32,000 nt of DNA from Methanococcus maripaludis (GTDB lineage: Archaea; AGJL01; Methanococci; Methanococcales; Methanococcaceae): positions 750,001-782,000 of the forward strand of contig NZ_CP026606.1 of the NCBI RefSeq assembly GCF_002945325.1, read 5' to 3'. Positions 19,344 to 28,084 of the stretch are shown in pieces. The position numbers were made by a program, and so were the translations under genes. Under the pieces are notes generated by a model that saw only the letters and a program-made list of their open reading frames with translations, searched no databases and was not told where the DNA came from. Every line of letters begins with the position of its first letter. The stretch's first letter is position 1.

Positions 19344-20348
19344 ATGATTGTAATTCCAAGATATACGATAATTAAGGAAAAAGCATCTTTTAGGATACAA
19401 GAAATCCTTGATAATCTTAATTTAAAAAATCCCCTCGTAATTACTGGCAAAAACACTCAAAAATATAATAAAGACTTTGAGTTTATATACTACAACGAAG
19501 TTGAAACTTCAGATTTAGAAAATATTAAAAATTATGCAAATGACTACGATTCCATCATAGGAATAGGTGGCGGAAGACCTATAGACATAGGAAAATTGAT
19601 TGCGCACAAATCCAAAAAGCCTTTCTTGAGCGTTCCAACAACTGCGTCAAACGACGGGATTGCATCCCCAATCGTTTCATTAACACAGCCTTCATATATG
19701 ACAGAAGCCCCTATTGCAATAATTGCAGATATTGATATTATAAAAAAATCTCCGAAAAAACTTCTTTCCGCAGGTATGGGCGATATAGTGTCAAATATCA
19801 CCGCGGTTTTAGACTGGGAACTTGGAAAAATTGAAAAATCTGAAAAATATAGTGATAGCTCAGGTATTTTTTCTAAAACTATTGCTATTGAACTTATGGA
19901 TTATGTTTTAAATTCAAATTTAGAAGAATATCCAAAAAAACTCGTAAAAGCACTCATTGGAAGTGGAATTTCAATTGCAATTGCTCATTCGTCAAGACCT
20001 GCTTCAGGAAGTGAACATTTATTTTCACATGCCCTCGACACCATGAAAGAAAAATATGGCATCGATACAAATTCGCTACACGGAGAACAGTGTGGAGTTG
20101 GAACGTTAGCAATTGCTCAAATTTACCTTGAAGAAGGAAAAATTGGAAATGAAAATTTTGAAATGCTTAAAAATTCATTAAAAATAGTTGATGCTCCAGT
20201 TACTGCAAAACAGCTCGGTTTTGATGAAGAAATTGTAATTGAAGCACTTTCTTCTGCGCATGCTTTAAGAAACAGGCATACAATTTTAAGAAAAGGAATT
20301 TCAAAAGAAAAAGCGAGAGAAATTCTTGAAAAATCTGAAATTATTTAA
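19344..20348 (+). CDS. egsA: sn-glycerol-1-phosphate dehydrogenase
   Basis: [42 protein letters not shown]: G1P dehydrogenase motifs. Confidence 0.94.
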   Translation: MIVIPRYTIIKEKASFRIQEILDNLNLKNPLVITGKNTQKYNKDFEFIYYNEVETSDLENIKNYANDYDSIIGIGGGRPIDIGKLIAHKSKKPFLSVPTTASNDGIASPIVSLTQPSYMTEAPIAIIADIDIIKKSPKKLLSAGMGDIVSNITAVLDWELGKIEKSEKYSDSSGIFSKTIAIELMDYVLNSNLEEYPKKLVKALIGSGISIAIAHSSRPASGSEHLFSHALDTMKEKYGIDTNSLHGEQCGVGTLAIAQIYLEEGKIGNENFEMLKNSLKIVDAPVTAKQLGFDEEIVIEALSSAHALRNRHTILRKGISKEKAREILEKSEII

Positions 20349-20395
20349 TTTATTTTAATCATTTGCTATTTTTAAAATTAAAAAAGAAGAAAATT

Positions 20396-21679
20396 TTACA
20401 ATTTTTTCATTGCAATATCGATTGCATTCATTGTTTTTTCTAAAACTTCGTCGTTGTGTTTTATAGATGTAAAACAGCATTCAAATTGGGATGGAGCTAC
20501 AAATACACCGTTTTCTAAAAGCGTGTAGAAATATTTCATGAATTTTTCAGTGTCGCTTGATTTTGCATCTTCATAAGTTACAATTTCTTTTTCATTGAAA
20601 TAAATCTGGAATATCGAAGCTACATTGTAAACTTTTGCTGGAATATTGTATTTTTCAGCAGTTTCTCTCAAGCAATTTGATAAAATACCTGCTTTTTTAG
20701 TTGTTTCTTTGTAGAATTTATCATCAAGATTTTTAAGAGTTTCAATTCCTGCGGTAACTGAAATCGGGTTTCCGTTAAATGTTCCTGCCTGATAAATCTG
20801 TCCATTTGGTGAAAACTGTTCCATATATTCTTTTTTACCAGTTATTGCACCAATTGGAAATCCCCCGCCGAGAATTTTACCAACAGTTGCAAGATCTGAT
20901 TTTATTCCGTAGTATTCCTGAGCTCCACCTTTTGAAAGTCTGAAACCCGTAATTACTTCATCAAATATTAAAAGTATTCCATTTTCTTCGGTAATTTCCC
21001 TTAAAAATTGTAAATATCCTTCTTTTGGAGGAATACAACCGACATTTCCCATTACAGGTTCAAGGATGATACATGCAATTTCATCTTTGTTTTCAGAAAT
21101 TACTTTTTTTACTGCATCTTCGTCATTAAATGGAATTAAAAGCGTGTTTTTTGTAGTATCTTCAGGAATTCCGGGTGAATTTGGAGCACCGTGTGTTAAA
21201 GCACCGCTACCGGTTTTTACAAGTACGTAATCGTGAGCACCGTGGAATGCACCTTCAAATTTGATGATTTTATTTCTTTTAGTAACTCCCCTTGCAAGCC
21301 TTATTGCACCCATGGTAGCTTCTGTTCCAGAATTTACAAATCTAACCATTTCTGCACAAGGAATCCTATTTATTACTTCTTTTGCGAGAATAATTTCTTT
21401 TTCACTTGGAACCCCGTAAGCAGTTCCTAAATCCATCTGTGATTTTACGGCGTTTAATATATTTTCGTTCGCATGGCCCAAAACCATTGGCCCGTATGCT
21501 AAACAGTAATCAATAAATTCGTTTCCGTCTTCGTCGTACAAAAAGCAGTCTTTTGCAGATTTTACAAAAAATGGAAATGGCTTAAATAACCTTACAGGGC
21601 TGTTAACCCCTCCAACAAGGTATTTTTTTGATTCTTCAAATAGTTCTTTTGATCTATCCATTTTGATGTTCAATTCCAC
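20396..21679 (-). CDS. hemL: Glutamate-1-semialdehyde 2,1-aminomutase
   Basis: [44 protein letters not shown]; GTG start with GGTG 5 nt upstream. Confidence 0.95.
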   Translation of the reverse strand: MELNIKMDRSKELFEESKKYLVGGVNSPVRLFKPFPFFVKSAKDCFLYDEDGNEFIDYCLAYGPMVLGHANENILNAVKSQMDLGTAYGVPSEKEIILAKEVINRIPCAEMVRFVNSGTEATMGAIRLARGVTKRNKIIKFEGAFHGAHDYVLVKTGSGALTHGAPNSPGIPEDTTKNTLLIPFNDEDAVKKVISENKDEIACIILEPVMGNVGCIPPKEGYLQFLREITEENGILLIFDEVITGFRLSKGGAQEYYGIKSDLATVGKILGGGFPIGAITGKKEYMEQFSPNGQIYQAGTFNGNPISVTAGIETLKNLDDKFYKETTKKAGILSNCLRETAEKYNIPAKVYNVASIFQIYFNEKEIVTYEDAKSSDTEKFMKYFYTLLENGVFVAPSQFECCFTSIKHNDEVLEKTMNAIDIAMKKL

Positions 21680-21688
21680 AAAACCACC

Positions 21689-21967
21689 TTAGTAAAAGAC
21701 TCCGTTGTATGTCATTATCCAGAATACTAACCAGATGAAGAAAAATGGAACTACTCCGCTTCCCATCCATTCTTTCTGGTTCATGCTTTCTCTTCCAAAT
21801 ATCATTGAAGCTAAATTTCCAGTAATAACTAATGTGATTAACATGAATACAAACGATGCAACACCACTAAACATTCCTAAACCAAACGTGTAAACGTAGT
21901 TTGTAAGGTATCCAAATGCTGCACCAAATATTGCATGAAAAATTGAAACTTTTGCGTCTAATTTCAT
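21689..21967 (-). CDS. Small EMC6-like membrane protein
   Basis: Three hydrophobic segments, ~92 aa, KVSIFHAIFGAAFGYLTNYVY; GGTG RBS. Confidence 0.6.
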   Translation of the reverse strand: MKLDAKVSIFHAIFGAAFGYLTNYVYTFGLGMFSGVASFVFMLITLVITGNLASMIFGRESMNQKEWMGSGVVPFFFIWLVFWIMTYNGVFY

Positions 21968-21976
21968 AAATTACAC

Positions 21977-22216
21977 CTATTCTTTTGATATATCGGATAA
22001 AACATAAGATTTAATCTTTTCTTTTGGTCTTTTGCTATTCGTATATGTATAATCTAAAATTACATCTACTTCATCATTTACATAAAAATTACGGTTAATA
22101 AGTACTCGGTCATTAATATCTAGTAAAAAAGCAAACTTTCGCTTTGTTTTTAGCGACCCTTTGTCTATTAATAACTCTTCTTCTTTGAAAACAGGTTTAA
22201 TCATTGAATAATGCAT
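21977..22216 (-). CDS. Hypothetical protein, 79 aa
   Basis: Short ORF, co-directional and tightly upstream of the EMC6-like gene. Confidence 0.5.
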   Translation of the reverse strand: MHYSMIKPVFKEEELLIDKGSLKTKRKFAFLLDINDRVLINRNFYVNDEVDVILDYTYTNSKRPKEKIKSYVLSDISKE

Positions 22217-22294
22217 AGTACCCCAAAATAAAAAAATTATTTTAAATATGATTGGTACTTATCATATTTATTTCTTAGTTTTTTCTTAGATTTT

Positions 22295-23773
22295 CTATTT
22301 CATTTCAGAAACTGCCCTGTCAAACTCTTCTTGAATTTCTAATGACGGTTCTTTATCCATTAAACTTACAACGGTAATCATTACTGATGCAAGCAAAAAT
22401 GCCGGAACAATTTCATAAAGGTCGAAAATTCCACCGCTCAAGTTTTTCCAGAGAATTACCATAAATCCACCAGATAACAGTCCTGCAAGAGCACCATTTC
22501 TTGTCATTCTCTTCCAGTACAGTGAAAGCAATATTACTGGACCAAATGCGCCACCAAATCCTGCCCATGCGTATGAAACTAGACCCATAACGCTGCTTCC
22601 AGGAACTATTGCAAAGTAATAAGCTATTGCCGCCACAACAATTACCGCAAACCTGCTTATCCATAAAAGCTCTTTTTGACTTGCATTTTTATTTAATAAT
22701 GCATAAATATCTTCAGTAATTGCTGAAGCAGTCACTAAAAGCTGTGAATCTGCAGTACTCATGATAGCTGCTAAAACACCTGCCAAAAATAACCCTGCAA
22801 TAAGACTTGGGAATAACCCTTGTGCCATTGCCATGAATACATGCTCCGGATCATCAAGTGGTGCTCCAAGAGCCACTGCACCGACCATTCCAACAAGTAC
22901 TGCCATAAAAAGGCTGATTACAACCCAAGTGGTTGCAATTTTTCTTGCTTTTGGAACTTTATCAGCTGATTTGATTGCCATAAACCTTACAAGGATGTGC
23001 GGCATTCCAAAGTATCCTAGACCCCATGCAAGAGCTGATGCAAGTCCCATTATACCTAAGGATTCCCCATCTAGGTTGGTAAATGGATTTAGGTAATCTG
23101 GACTTATTGAATTCCATGCATTCATTGTAGCATCAATTCCACCCACCTGTGAAATCCCCATGATAGGAATTAAAAATATCGCAATAAACATGAGGGAACC
23201 TTGTATAAAGTCAGTCCAGCTAACTGCAAGGAAACCGCCGAGGAAAGTATAACCAATAATTACTAAAGCACCTATTGTAACTGCGAGAGTATAATCTACA
23301 CCAAATACAAGATTGAACAACTTTCCGCCTGCAACTAATCCTGAAGACGTGTACAATAAGAAGAATAGCATAATAAAAAACGCTGAAACAATTCTTAACA
23401 ATTTAGACTGATCCCTAAACCTATTTTCTAAGTAAACGGGTATTGTAATAGAATCTTTTGCAATTTCTGTGTATCTTCTAAGCCTTTCTGCAACGAACTT
23501 CCAGTTTAGGTAAGTTCCGATTGCAAGACCAACTCCAATCCATATTTCACTCATTCCTGAAAGATATGCAACGCCAGGAAGGCCCATAAGAAGCCAACCG
23601 CTCATGTCTGAAGCTTGCGCACTTAACGCTGCAACCCAACTATTTAATTTTCTGCCACCAAGCACATAATCGCTTATCGTTTCGTTTCGCCTGTAAAAAT
23701 ACATACCTACGCCCATTACCACGAGCAAATAGAGTATGAATACCAAAACGATACTCAAATTTTCTGATATCAT
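22295..23773 (-). CDS. putP: Sodium/proline symporter (SSS family)
   Basis: DYVLGGRKLNSWVAALSAQASDMSGWLLMGLPG and later SSS motifs; PutP-like. Confidence 0.88.
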   Translation of the reverse strand: MISENLSIVLVFILYLLVVMGVGMYFYRRNETISDYVLGGRKLNSWVAALSAQASDMSGWLLMGLPGVAYLSGMSEIWIGVGLAIGTYLNWKFVAERLRRYTEIAKDSITIPVYLENRFRDQSKLLRIVSAFFIMLFFLLYTSSGLVAGGKLFNLVFGVDYTLAVTIGALVIIGYTFLGGFLAVSWTDFIQGSLMFIAIFLIPIMGISQVGGIDATMNAWNSISPDYLNPFTNLDGESLGIMGLASALAWGLGYFGMPHILVRFMAIKSADKVPKARKIATTWVVISLFMAVLVGMVGAVALGAPLDDPEHVFMAMAQGLFPSLIAGLFLAGVLAAIMSTADSQLLVTASAITEDIYALLNKNASQKELLWISRFAVIVVAAIAYYFAIVPGSSVMGLVSYAWAGFGGAFGPVILLSLYWKRMTRNGALAGLLSGGFMVILWKNLSGGIFDLYEIVPAFLLASVMITVVSLMDKEPSLEIQEEFDRAVSEMK

Positions 23774-23970
23774 AACTTCAACTCCATTGGAAAATCACAC
23801 CGCAATGTGAAAATCCCATTTGGTAATACTCAAACAAATATCTTGATAATAATATATACAAATTTTGAATACGTTTTTGAGTTGGCAGTTAAAATTACTT
23901 AAAAAATTTGGGAAAAATCATCTAAAAGTCTCTAAAAATTACGAAATTGAATAAAAATTATTAAAAAAAG

Positions 23971-25467
23971 TTATTTTTTATTGAATATGTAGTCAAGGTG
24001 TTCACTTTCAAATGGTTTTGTAATGAGACTTACTGCCATTACAACAAATATCGGTGCAATCATTGCTAAAGAACCAACTGCAGGCATATAAACGCTGTTT
24101 ATTCCAAAGTAATATGCTCCTCCAAACATTATTACGAGAGCAGATGTGATTCCTGCCCATACTCCTTGTTTTGTAGTTCTTTTCCAGTATAATCCTAAAA
24201 AATATGGGGCTAAAAGACATCCTGATACCAAACCCCATGAAAGAGCCATTAATGATAGAACATAGCTGTTTGGAACTATTGCAAGTATGAACGATAATAC
24301 AACAAATAAAACGCACAACAATCTCATCAATATCATCGTGTTTCTATCTGATAAGTCAGTTTTTAATCTTCCTTTTACAAAGTCTATTGAAACAACGGAA
24401 CTTGAAGCGAGCACGAGTGATGCTAAAGTAGACATTGAAGCTGAAATTACAAGTACGAGAATTAATGCTGCAACCCAGTCAGGAAGTGCAATTTCCATTA
24501 TTTTTGGAACTATCATATCAGGACTTGTTAAGCCTGCTGCAGCTTTTGAAGCGCTATCTGGGTAGAAAACCCTACTTACAGTTCCAATATATGCTGCACC
24601 AAATGTAATGATAAATGCAAATGCTGTTGAAACCCATTTTGCAGAAACTGCTGCTTTTTCACTTTTTATCGTGTAAAATTTATGTATCATCTGCGGAAGG
24701 CCCCAGCTGCCGATACTCGTGAGTAATGCAAGACCCATTATCGGAATAAAGCTTGCTTCATTTATTGGGGTTACCAGCATTGGATCTATTGAACTTAAAT
24801 TCGACAGCATTCCAAAAAACCCGCCAACTTCAGGGTTGCTGCCTAAAAAGAATACCATTAAAAGTACCCCAATTACCATGATGCACCCTTGAACGAAGTC
24901 TGCAAGTGTTGCCGCGATAAATCCTCCGAAATACAAGTAGATCGCAGTTAATGCCGCCATTAAAATATACGCATTCATTGGAGATATTCCAAATCCTTCA
25001 AATAAGAAATTTAAACCTTTATAAATAGATGCAGAATACGGAACTAAGAAGAAAAAGATGATAAACGCAGTTAGTGATTCTAAATTCTTGCTTTTATACC
25101 TTTTTTCTAAAAAACTAGGCATTGTTGATGCACCCAATCGTTGCGTCATTTCTCTTGTTTTTTTACCAAGAACCTGCCATGCTAAAAAACTTCCAATAAT
25201 CGTATTTCCAACAACTATCCACATTGTCGGGATTCCAAAACTCCAACCCATTTTTCCAGCAAATCCTATAAAAATAACCGCTGAAAAATAAGCTGTACCG
25301 TATGAAAACGCAGACATCCACGGGTTTACGTTTCGCCCCCCGAGTAAAAAGTCAGAAACCCCTTTGATTCTTTTTTTCGTTATGGTAGCTATTCCTATAA
25401 TCATAGCAATATAAACCGCCAAAAACACGTAGTGCCACATAATTAACCTCAAAAACTTTGATAACAT
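23971..25467 (-). CDS. Sodium:solute symporter family protein
   Basis: DFLLGGRNVNPWMSAFSYGTAYFSAVIFIGFAGKMGW; 12+ TM, SSS family, substrate unknown. Confidence 0.85.
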   Translation of the reverse strand: MLSKFLRLIMWHYVFLAVYIAMIIGIATITKKRIKGVSDFLLGGRNVNPWMSAFSYGTAYFSAVIFIGFAGKMGWSFGIPTMWIVVGNTIIGSFLAWQVLGKKTREMTQRLGASTMPSFLEKRYKSKNLESLTAFIIFFFLVPYSASIYKGLNFLFEGFGISPMNAYILMAALTAIYLYFGGFIAATLADFVQGCIMVIGVLLMVFFLGSNPEVGGFFGMLSNLSSIDPMLVTPINEASFIPIMGLALLTSIGSWGLPQMIHKFYTIKSEKAAVSAKWVSTAFAFIITFGAAYIGTVSRVFYPDSASKAAAGLTSPDMIVPKIMEIALPDWVAALILVLVISASMSTLASLVLASSSVVSIDFVKGRLKTDLSDRNTMILMRLLCVLFVVLSFILAIVPNSYVLSLMALSWGLVSGCLLAPYFLGLYWKRTTKQGVWAGITSALVIMFGGAYYFGINSVYMPAVGSLAMIAPIFVVMAVSLITKPFESEHLDYIFNKK

Positions 25468-25586
25468 TTGAAAAAATAGTTAAAATTCAACAATATAATT
25501 CCTATTTTATGGCATTTTTATTTATATTTATCTAATTTTTGAGAAAAGAGTAAAAAATGTATAAAATTTTAAAATATTTAAAATAA

Positions 25587-26510
25587 TTAATTTGAATAGT
25601 ATTTTTCAAGCGGAGGAACTACCTGTTTCTTTCTTGACATCAGTCCATCAATAAATACACTTTTTCCATCCAATTTAAGTTTAAATGCAGTTTCAAAAGC
25701 TGATTTGTTTCCTGCAACTAAAACTTCACTTCCTTCTCTCATGATGTCAGTTACAAGGAATAATACCATATCATATCCTTCTTTTTCAATCATTTCGTCG
25801 ATTAAATTTTGAATTGCTTCTTTTTTAGATGCAACTTCGGACATGTCGATTACTTCGGCTTGGCCGATACCTACCTTTTTACCGCCCATGTCAAATGGTT
25901 TATAATCGATGTGTAAAATTTCTTCTGGAGTCATTTTACCAACAGTTGATTTTGCAGTCAGCATTTCCATTCCGTATGCAGTAATGTCTGAAATTTCTGC
26001 AATTTCTGCTAATTTTCCTGCGAGTTCCTTATCAAGTTGTGTTGCTGTAGGCGATTTGAAGAGTAATGTATCTGAAAGGATTGCTGAAAGTAAAACTCCT
26101 GCAATGTCTGCTTTTAATTCCTTATTTTTTCCGCCGATAATGTCGAGTATTCCTCTAAAGTAAAGTTCTGAAATTACACTTGCAGTTGATCCAACAGGTT
26201 TTGAGAGGTAAATAATTGGTTCAGTTGTTGAAATACCGATTTTGTGGTGGTCAATAATTCCAATTAATTTTCCTTTATCAAAATCATCGAGGTTTTGTGA
26301 TTTTTCTGCATGATCTACCAAAAATAATTCTTTTCCTTCCGCAGTTTTAATTAATTCGGGTTCCATTAATCCAAATCTCTTTAAAATAAACTGTGATTCC
26401 GGATTTAATTCACCAAGTCTTGCAGGAAATGCATCTAAAAAATATGCAAGTGCTATTGCAGAACAAATGCTATCTGAATCAGGATTTTTGTGGCCTACAA
26501 CGTACATCAT
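25587..26510 (-). CDS. ppaC: Manganese-dependent inorganic pyrophosphatase
   Basis: GHKNPDSDSICSAIALAYFLD, IIDHHKIG, SRKKQVVPPLE C-terminus: family II PPase. Confidence 0.93.
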   Translation of the reverse strand: MMYVVGHKNPDSDSICSAIALAYFLDAFPARLGELNPESQFILKRFGLMEPELIKTAEGKELFLVDHAEKSQNLDDFDKGKLIGIIDHHKIGISTTEPIIYLSKPVGSTASVISELYFRGILDIIGGKNKELKADIAGVLLSAILSDTLLFKSPTATQLDKELAGKLAEIAEISDITAYGMEMLTAKSTVGKMTPEEILHIDYKPFDMGGKKVGIGQAEVIDMSEVASKKEAIQNLIDEMIEKEGYDMVLFLVTDIMREGSEVLVAGNKSAFETAFKLKLDGKSVFIDGLMSRKKQVVPPLEKYYSN

Positions 26511-26568
26511 CTATATCACCAAAAATGAAAAAATTAATGATTTTTATATTATTTAAGCCGGGAAAGAC

Positions 26569-26576
26569 TATAAATA
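26569..26576 (+). promoter_or_regulatory. TATA box for ncRNA gene
   Basis: CGGGAAAGAC-TATAAATA: purine-rich BRE-like element plus TATA box, ~25 nt upstream of the proposed RNA start, no plus-strand gene downstream. Confidence 0.6.
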
Positions 26577-26597
26577 CATAATGATACTTATTAATAA

Positions 26598-26834
26598 CAT
26601 CTTCAATTAACCGACCTACATGGAGCTTGTGAATACTCTCGCTGTGATAGCGGGTTCGAAATTGGAGTAACAAAACTTTAATCGAATTTTTGGGCGAGTT
26701 GTAAGAGTTGGTAGGATCCTTACTGTGAACACAATACAGCAAAAATTCGTACATTACTCTCGACATAGGGTTATCTGACCGACATGGTATTTTCCAAGGA
26801 TGAAAGTTAGTGTTAATGTCGAGGGACACTTTTT
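26598..26834 (+). ncRNA. Probable multi-hairpin H/ACA-type guide RNA (~237 nt)
   Basis: Perfect 10-bp stem 26683-26692/26740-26749 followed by ACA 26751-26753; 10-bp stem (one G-U) 26757-26766/26816-26825 followed directly by ACA 26826-26828; inner stem CTGAC/GTTAG (26775-26779/26806-26810) placing pocket 15 nt from ACA; CGA/TGA k-turn-like elements; T-run 26830-26834. No matching RNase P or SRP core. Confidence 0.6.
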
Positions 26835-26879
26835 CAATGAAAAAGAAAATAGAAGTAAAAATTGAAAGAAGAATGAATA

Positions 26880-27659
26880 CTATTTTAAGGATGTTTTAGC
26901 AGTTTTATCAAATGGATTTCTCCTCATCGCAAGAGAGAACAAATATGGATAATTATTTTTCAAATATTTCATGTAATTTACCCATTCTATTGTTATTAAT
27001 CTGTATGATCGAACCATATCTCCGTTTAAATGCATTATATCGTTTTCTGAACTTTCATGCAAATTTTCACGGCTTTCAAGTTCTTCTAAAAGGTGAAAAA
27101 CTGCCCTAAGTAATTCAGTGAAGTGTTCGTGCTCCATTAAATTTGGATTTTCTAAAAGCCTCATTAAAAATTCTTTGTTTTTTGATAAAAATTCATAAAT
27201 TTCCAAAATATCTTCTTTTGAAGCATTTAACGTATAATCCCGGTCTTTAGCATAATTTAGCGCATTTTTAAAGTCTTCGTCAACCCACGAATCTGTGACT
27301 TTTAATTTATTTCCGATTTCTTCAATATTTGGGTCGATTTTCGAGAAATATTTTAAAGATTTAGTTCCAGTTTCACTGAAAAATGTGCCAATTAGTATGT
27401 TTAATTTTTCAAGTCTCGCGCTTTTTTCCATGTCGCTTAAAATTCCAGAAATTACCACGGTTATTAAGAATACCTGAATTGGAACAAATGCTATTTTTCC
27501 AAAAAACGAATTTATTATTCCCAAATAATCATTAAATACTGCATACTGGACAATATACATTAAAATAGACGCAACTAATGCAGAAACCCAGAAGATTTTG
27601 TGCTGTTTTGTTTTCATAACTATCGCTTGGATTGAATTTTTTAGTTTTTTTATAAACAT
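26880..27659 (-). CDS. Membrane protein of unknown function (two N-terminal TM helices plus soluble domain)
   Basis: MFIKKLKNSIQAIVMKTKQHKIFWVSALVASILMYIVQYAVF...; the internal Met start at 27659 is more plausible than 27707, which lies inside the operator palindrome. Confidence 0.6.
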   Translation of the reverse strand: MFIKKLKNSIQAIVMKTKQHKIFWVSALVASILMYIVQYAVFNDYLGIINSFFGKIAFVPIQVFLITVVISGILSDMEKSARLEKLNILIGTFFSETGTKSLKYFSKIDPNIEEIGNKLKVTDSWVDEDFKNALNYAKDRDYTLNASKEDILEIYEFLSKNKEFLMRLLENPNLMEHEHFTELLRAVFHLLEELESRENLHESSENDIMHLNGDMVRSYRLITIEWVNYMKYLKNNYPYLFSLAMRRNPFDKTAKTSLK

Positions 27660-27705
27660 GTAATTGTTAATTTTCAATATACGAATATAAAAAATTATAT
27701 ATAAC

Positions 27706-27725
27706 ATTTGAACAATTGTTCAAAT
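27706..27725. promoter_or_regulatory. Perfect 20-bp palindrome, SmtB/ArsR-family operator
   Basis: ATTTGAACAATTGTTCAAAT, contains TGAACA-N2-TGTTCA; abuts ATG of an ArsR-family gene; TATA-like TTATATATA ~25-30 nt upstream of that ATG. Confidence 0.8.
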
Positions 27726-28082
27726 ATGGGTGATAGTTTGTCCGATCTTTGCAGTGAATATTCCGTTCTTAACGAAAAAATTGAGAAGGTATTGGAAAAA
27801 TTGCCCTCGAATGAGGATATTATCAATATTTCAAACATTATGAATTCGTTTGGGGACCCAAACCGGTTAAAAATACTTTTAGCATTGAAAGAAAGTGAAT
27901 TATGTTCGTGTGAACTTTCAAATATTGCTGATACATCCATTTCAGCAATTTCGCACCAGTTAAGGATACTTCGTGATAGAAAACTCGTTAAATTCAGAAA
28001 AGAAGGTAAATTTGTATACTACAAACTTTACGATGAAAAAATTAGGGATTTTTTAGAAGAAATTGTTGAATTGAGGAAATAA
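27726..28082 (+). CDS. ArsR/SmtB family metal-responsive transcriptional regulator
   Basis: FGDPNRLKILLALKESELCSCELSNIADTSISAISHQLRILRDRKLVKFRKEGKFVYYKL: ELCVC-like metal site and wHTH. ATG 27726 preferred over TTG 27708, which is inside the palindrome. Confidence 0.92.
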   Translation: MGDSLSDLCSEYSVLNEKIEKVLEKLPSNEDIINISNIMNSFGDPNRLKILLALKESELCSCELSNIADTSISAISHQLRILRDRKLVKFRKEGKFVYYKLYDEKIRDFLEEIVELRK

Positions 28083-28084
28083 TT

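Noticed and set aside
23785-23822. Imperfect symmetry upstream of putP (TGGAAAATCACACCGCAATGTGAAAATCCCA)
   Set aside because: Only CACA/TGTG and TGG/CCA match; too weak to call an operator or riboswitch.
22295-25467. Tandem SSS transporters as a recent duplication
   Set aside because: The two proteins differ strongly in sequence beyond general family motifs, so a recent duplication is not supported.
26479-26829. Minus-strand 116-aa ORF spanning the ncRNA region
   Set aside because: Overlaps the ppaC start and the structured RNA candidate, no recognisable domain, composition looks like chance translation.
26598-26834. RNase P RNA, SRP RNA or tRNA as identity of the ncRNA
   Set aside because: I see no RNase P core (GAGGAAAGTCC-like) and no SRP helix 8 (GGAAG/AGCAG). 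The GGTTCGAA at 26653-26660 resembles a T-loop but has no matching T-stem or acceptor stem.
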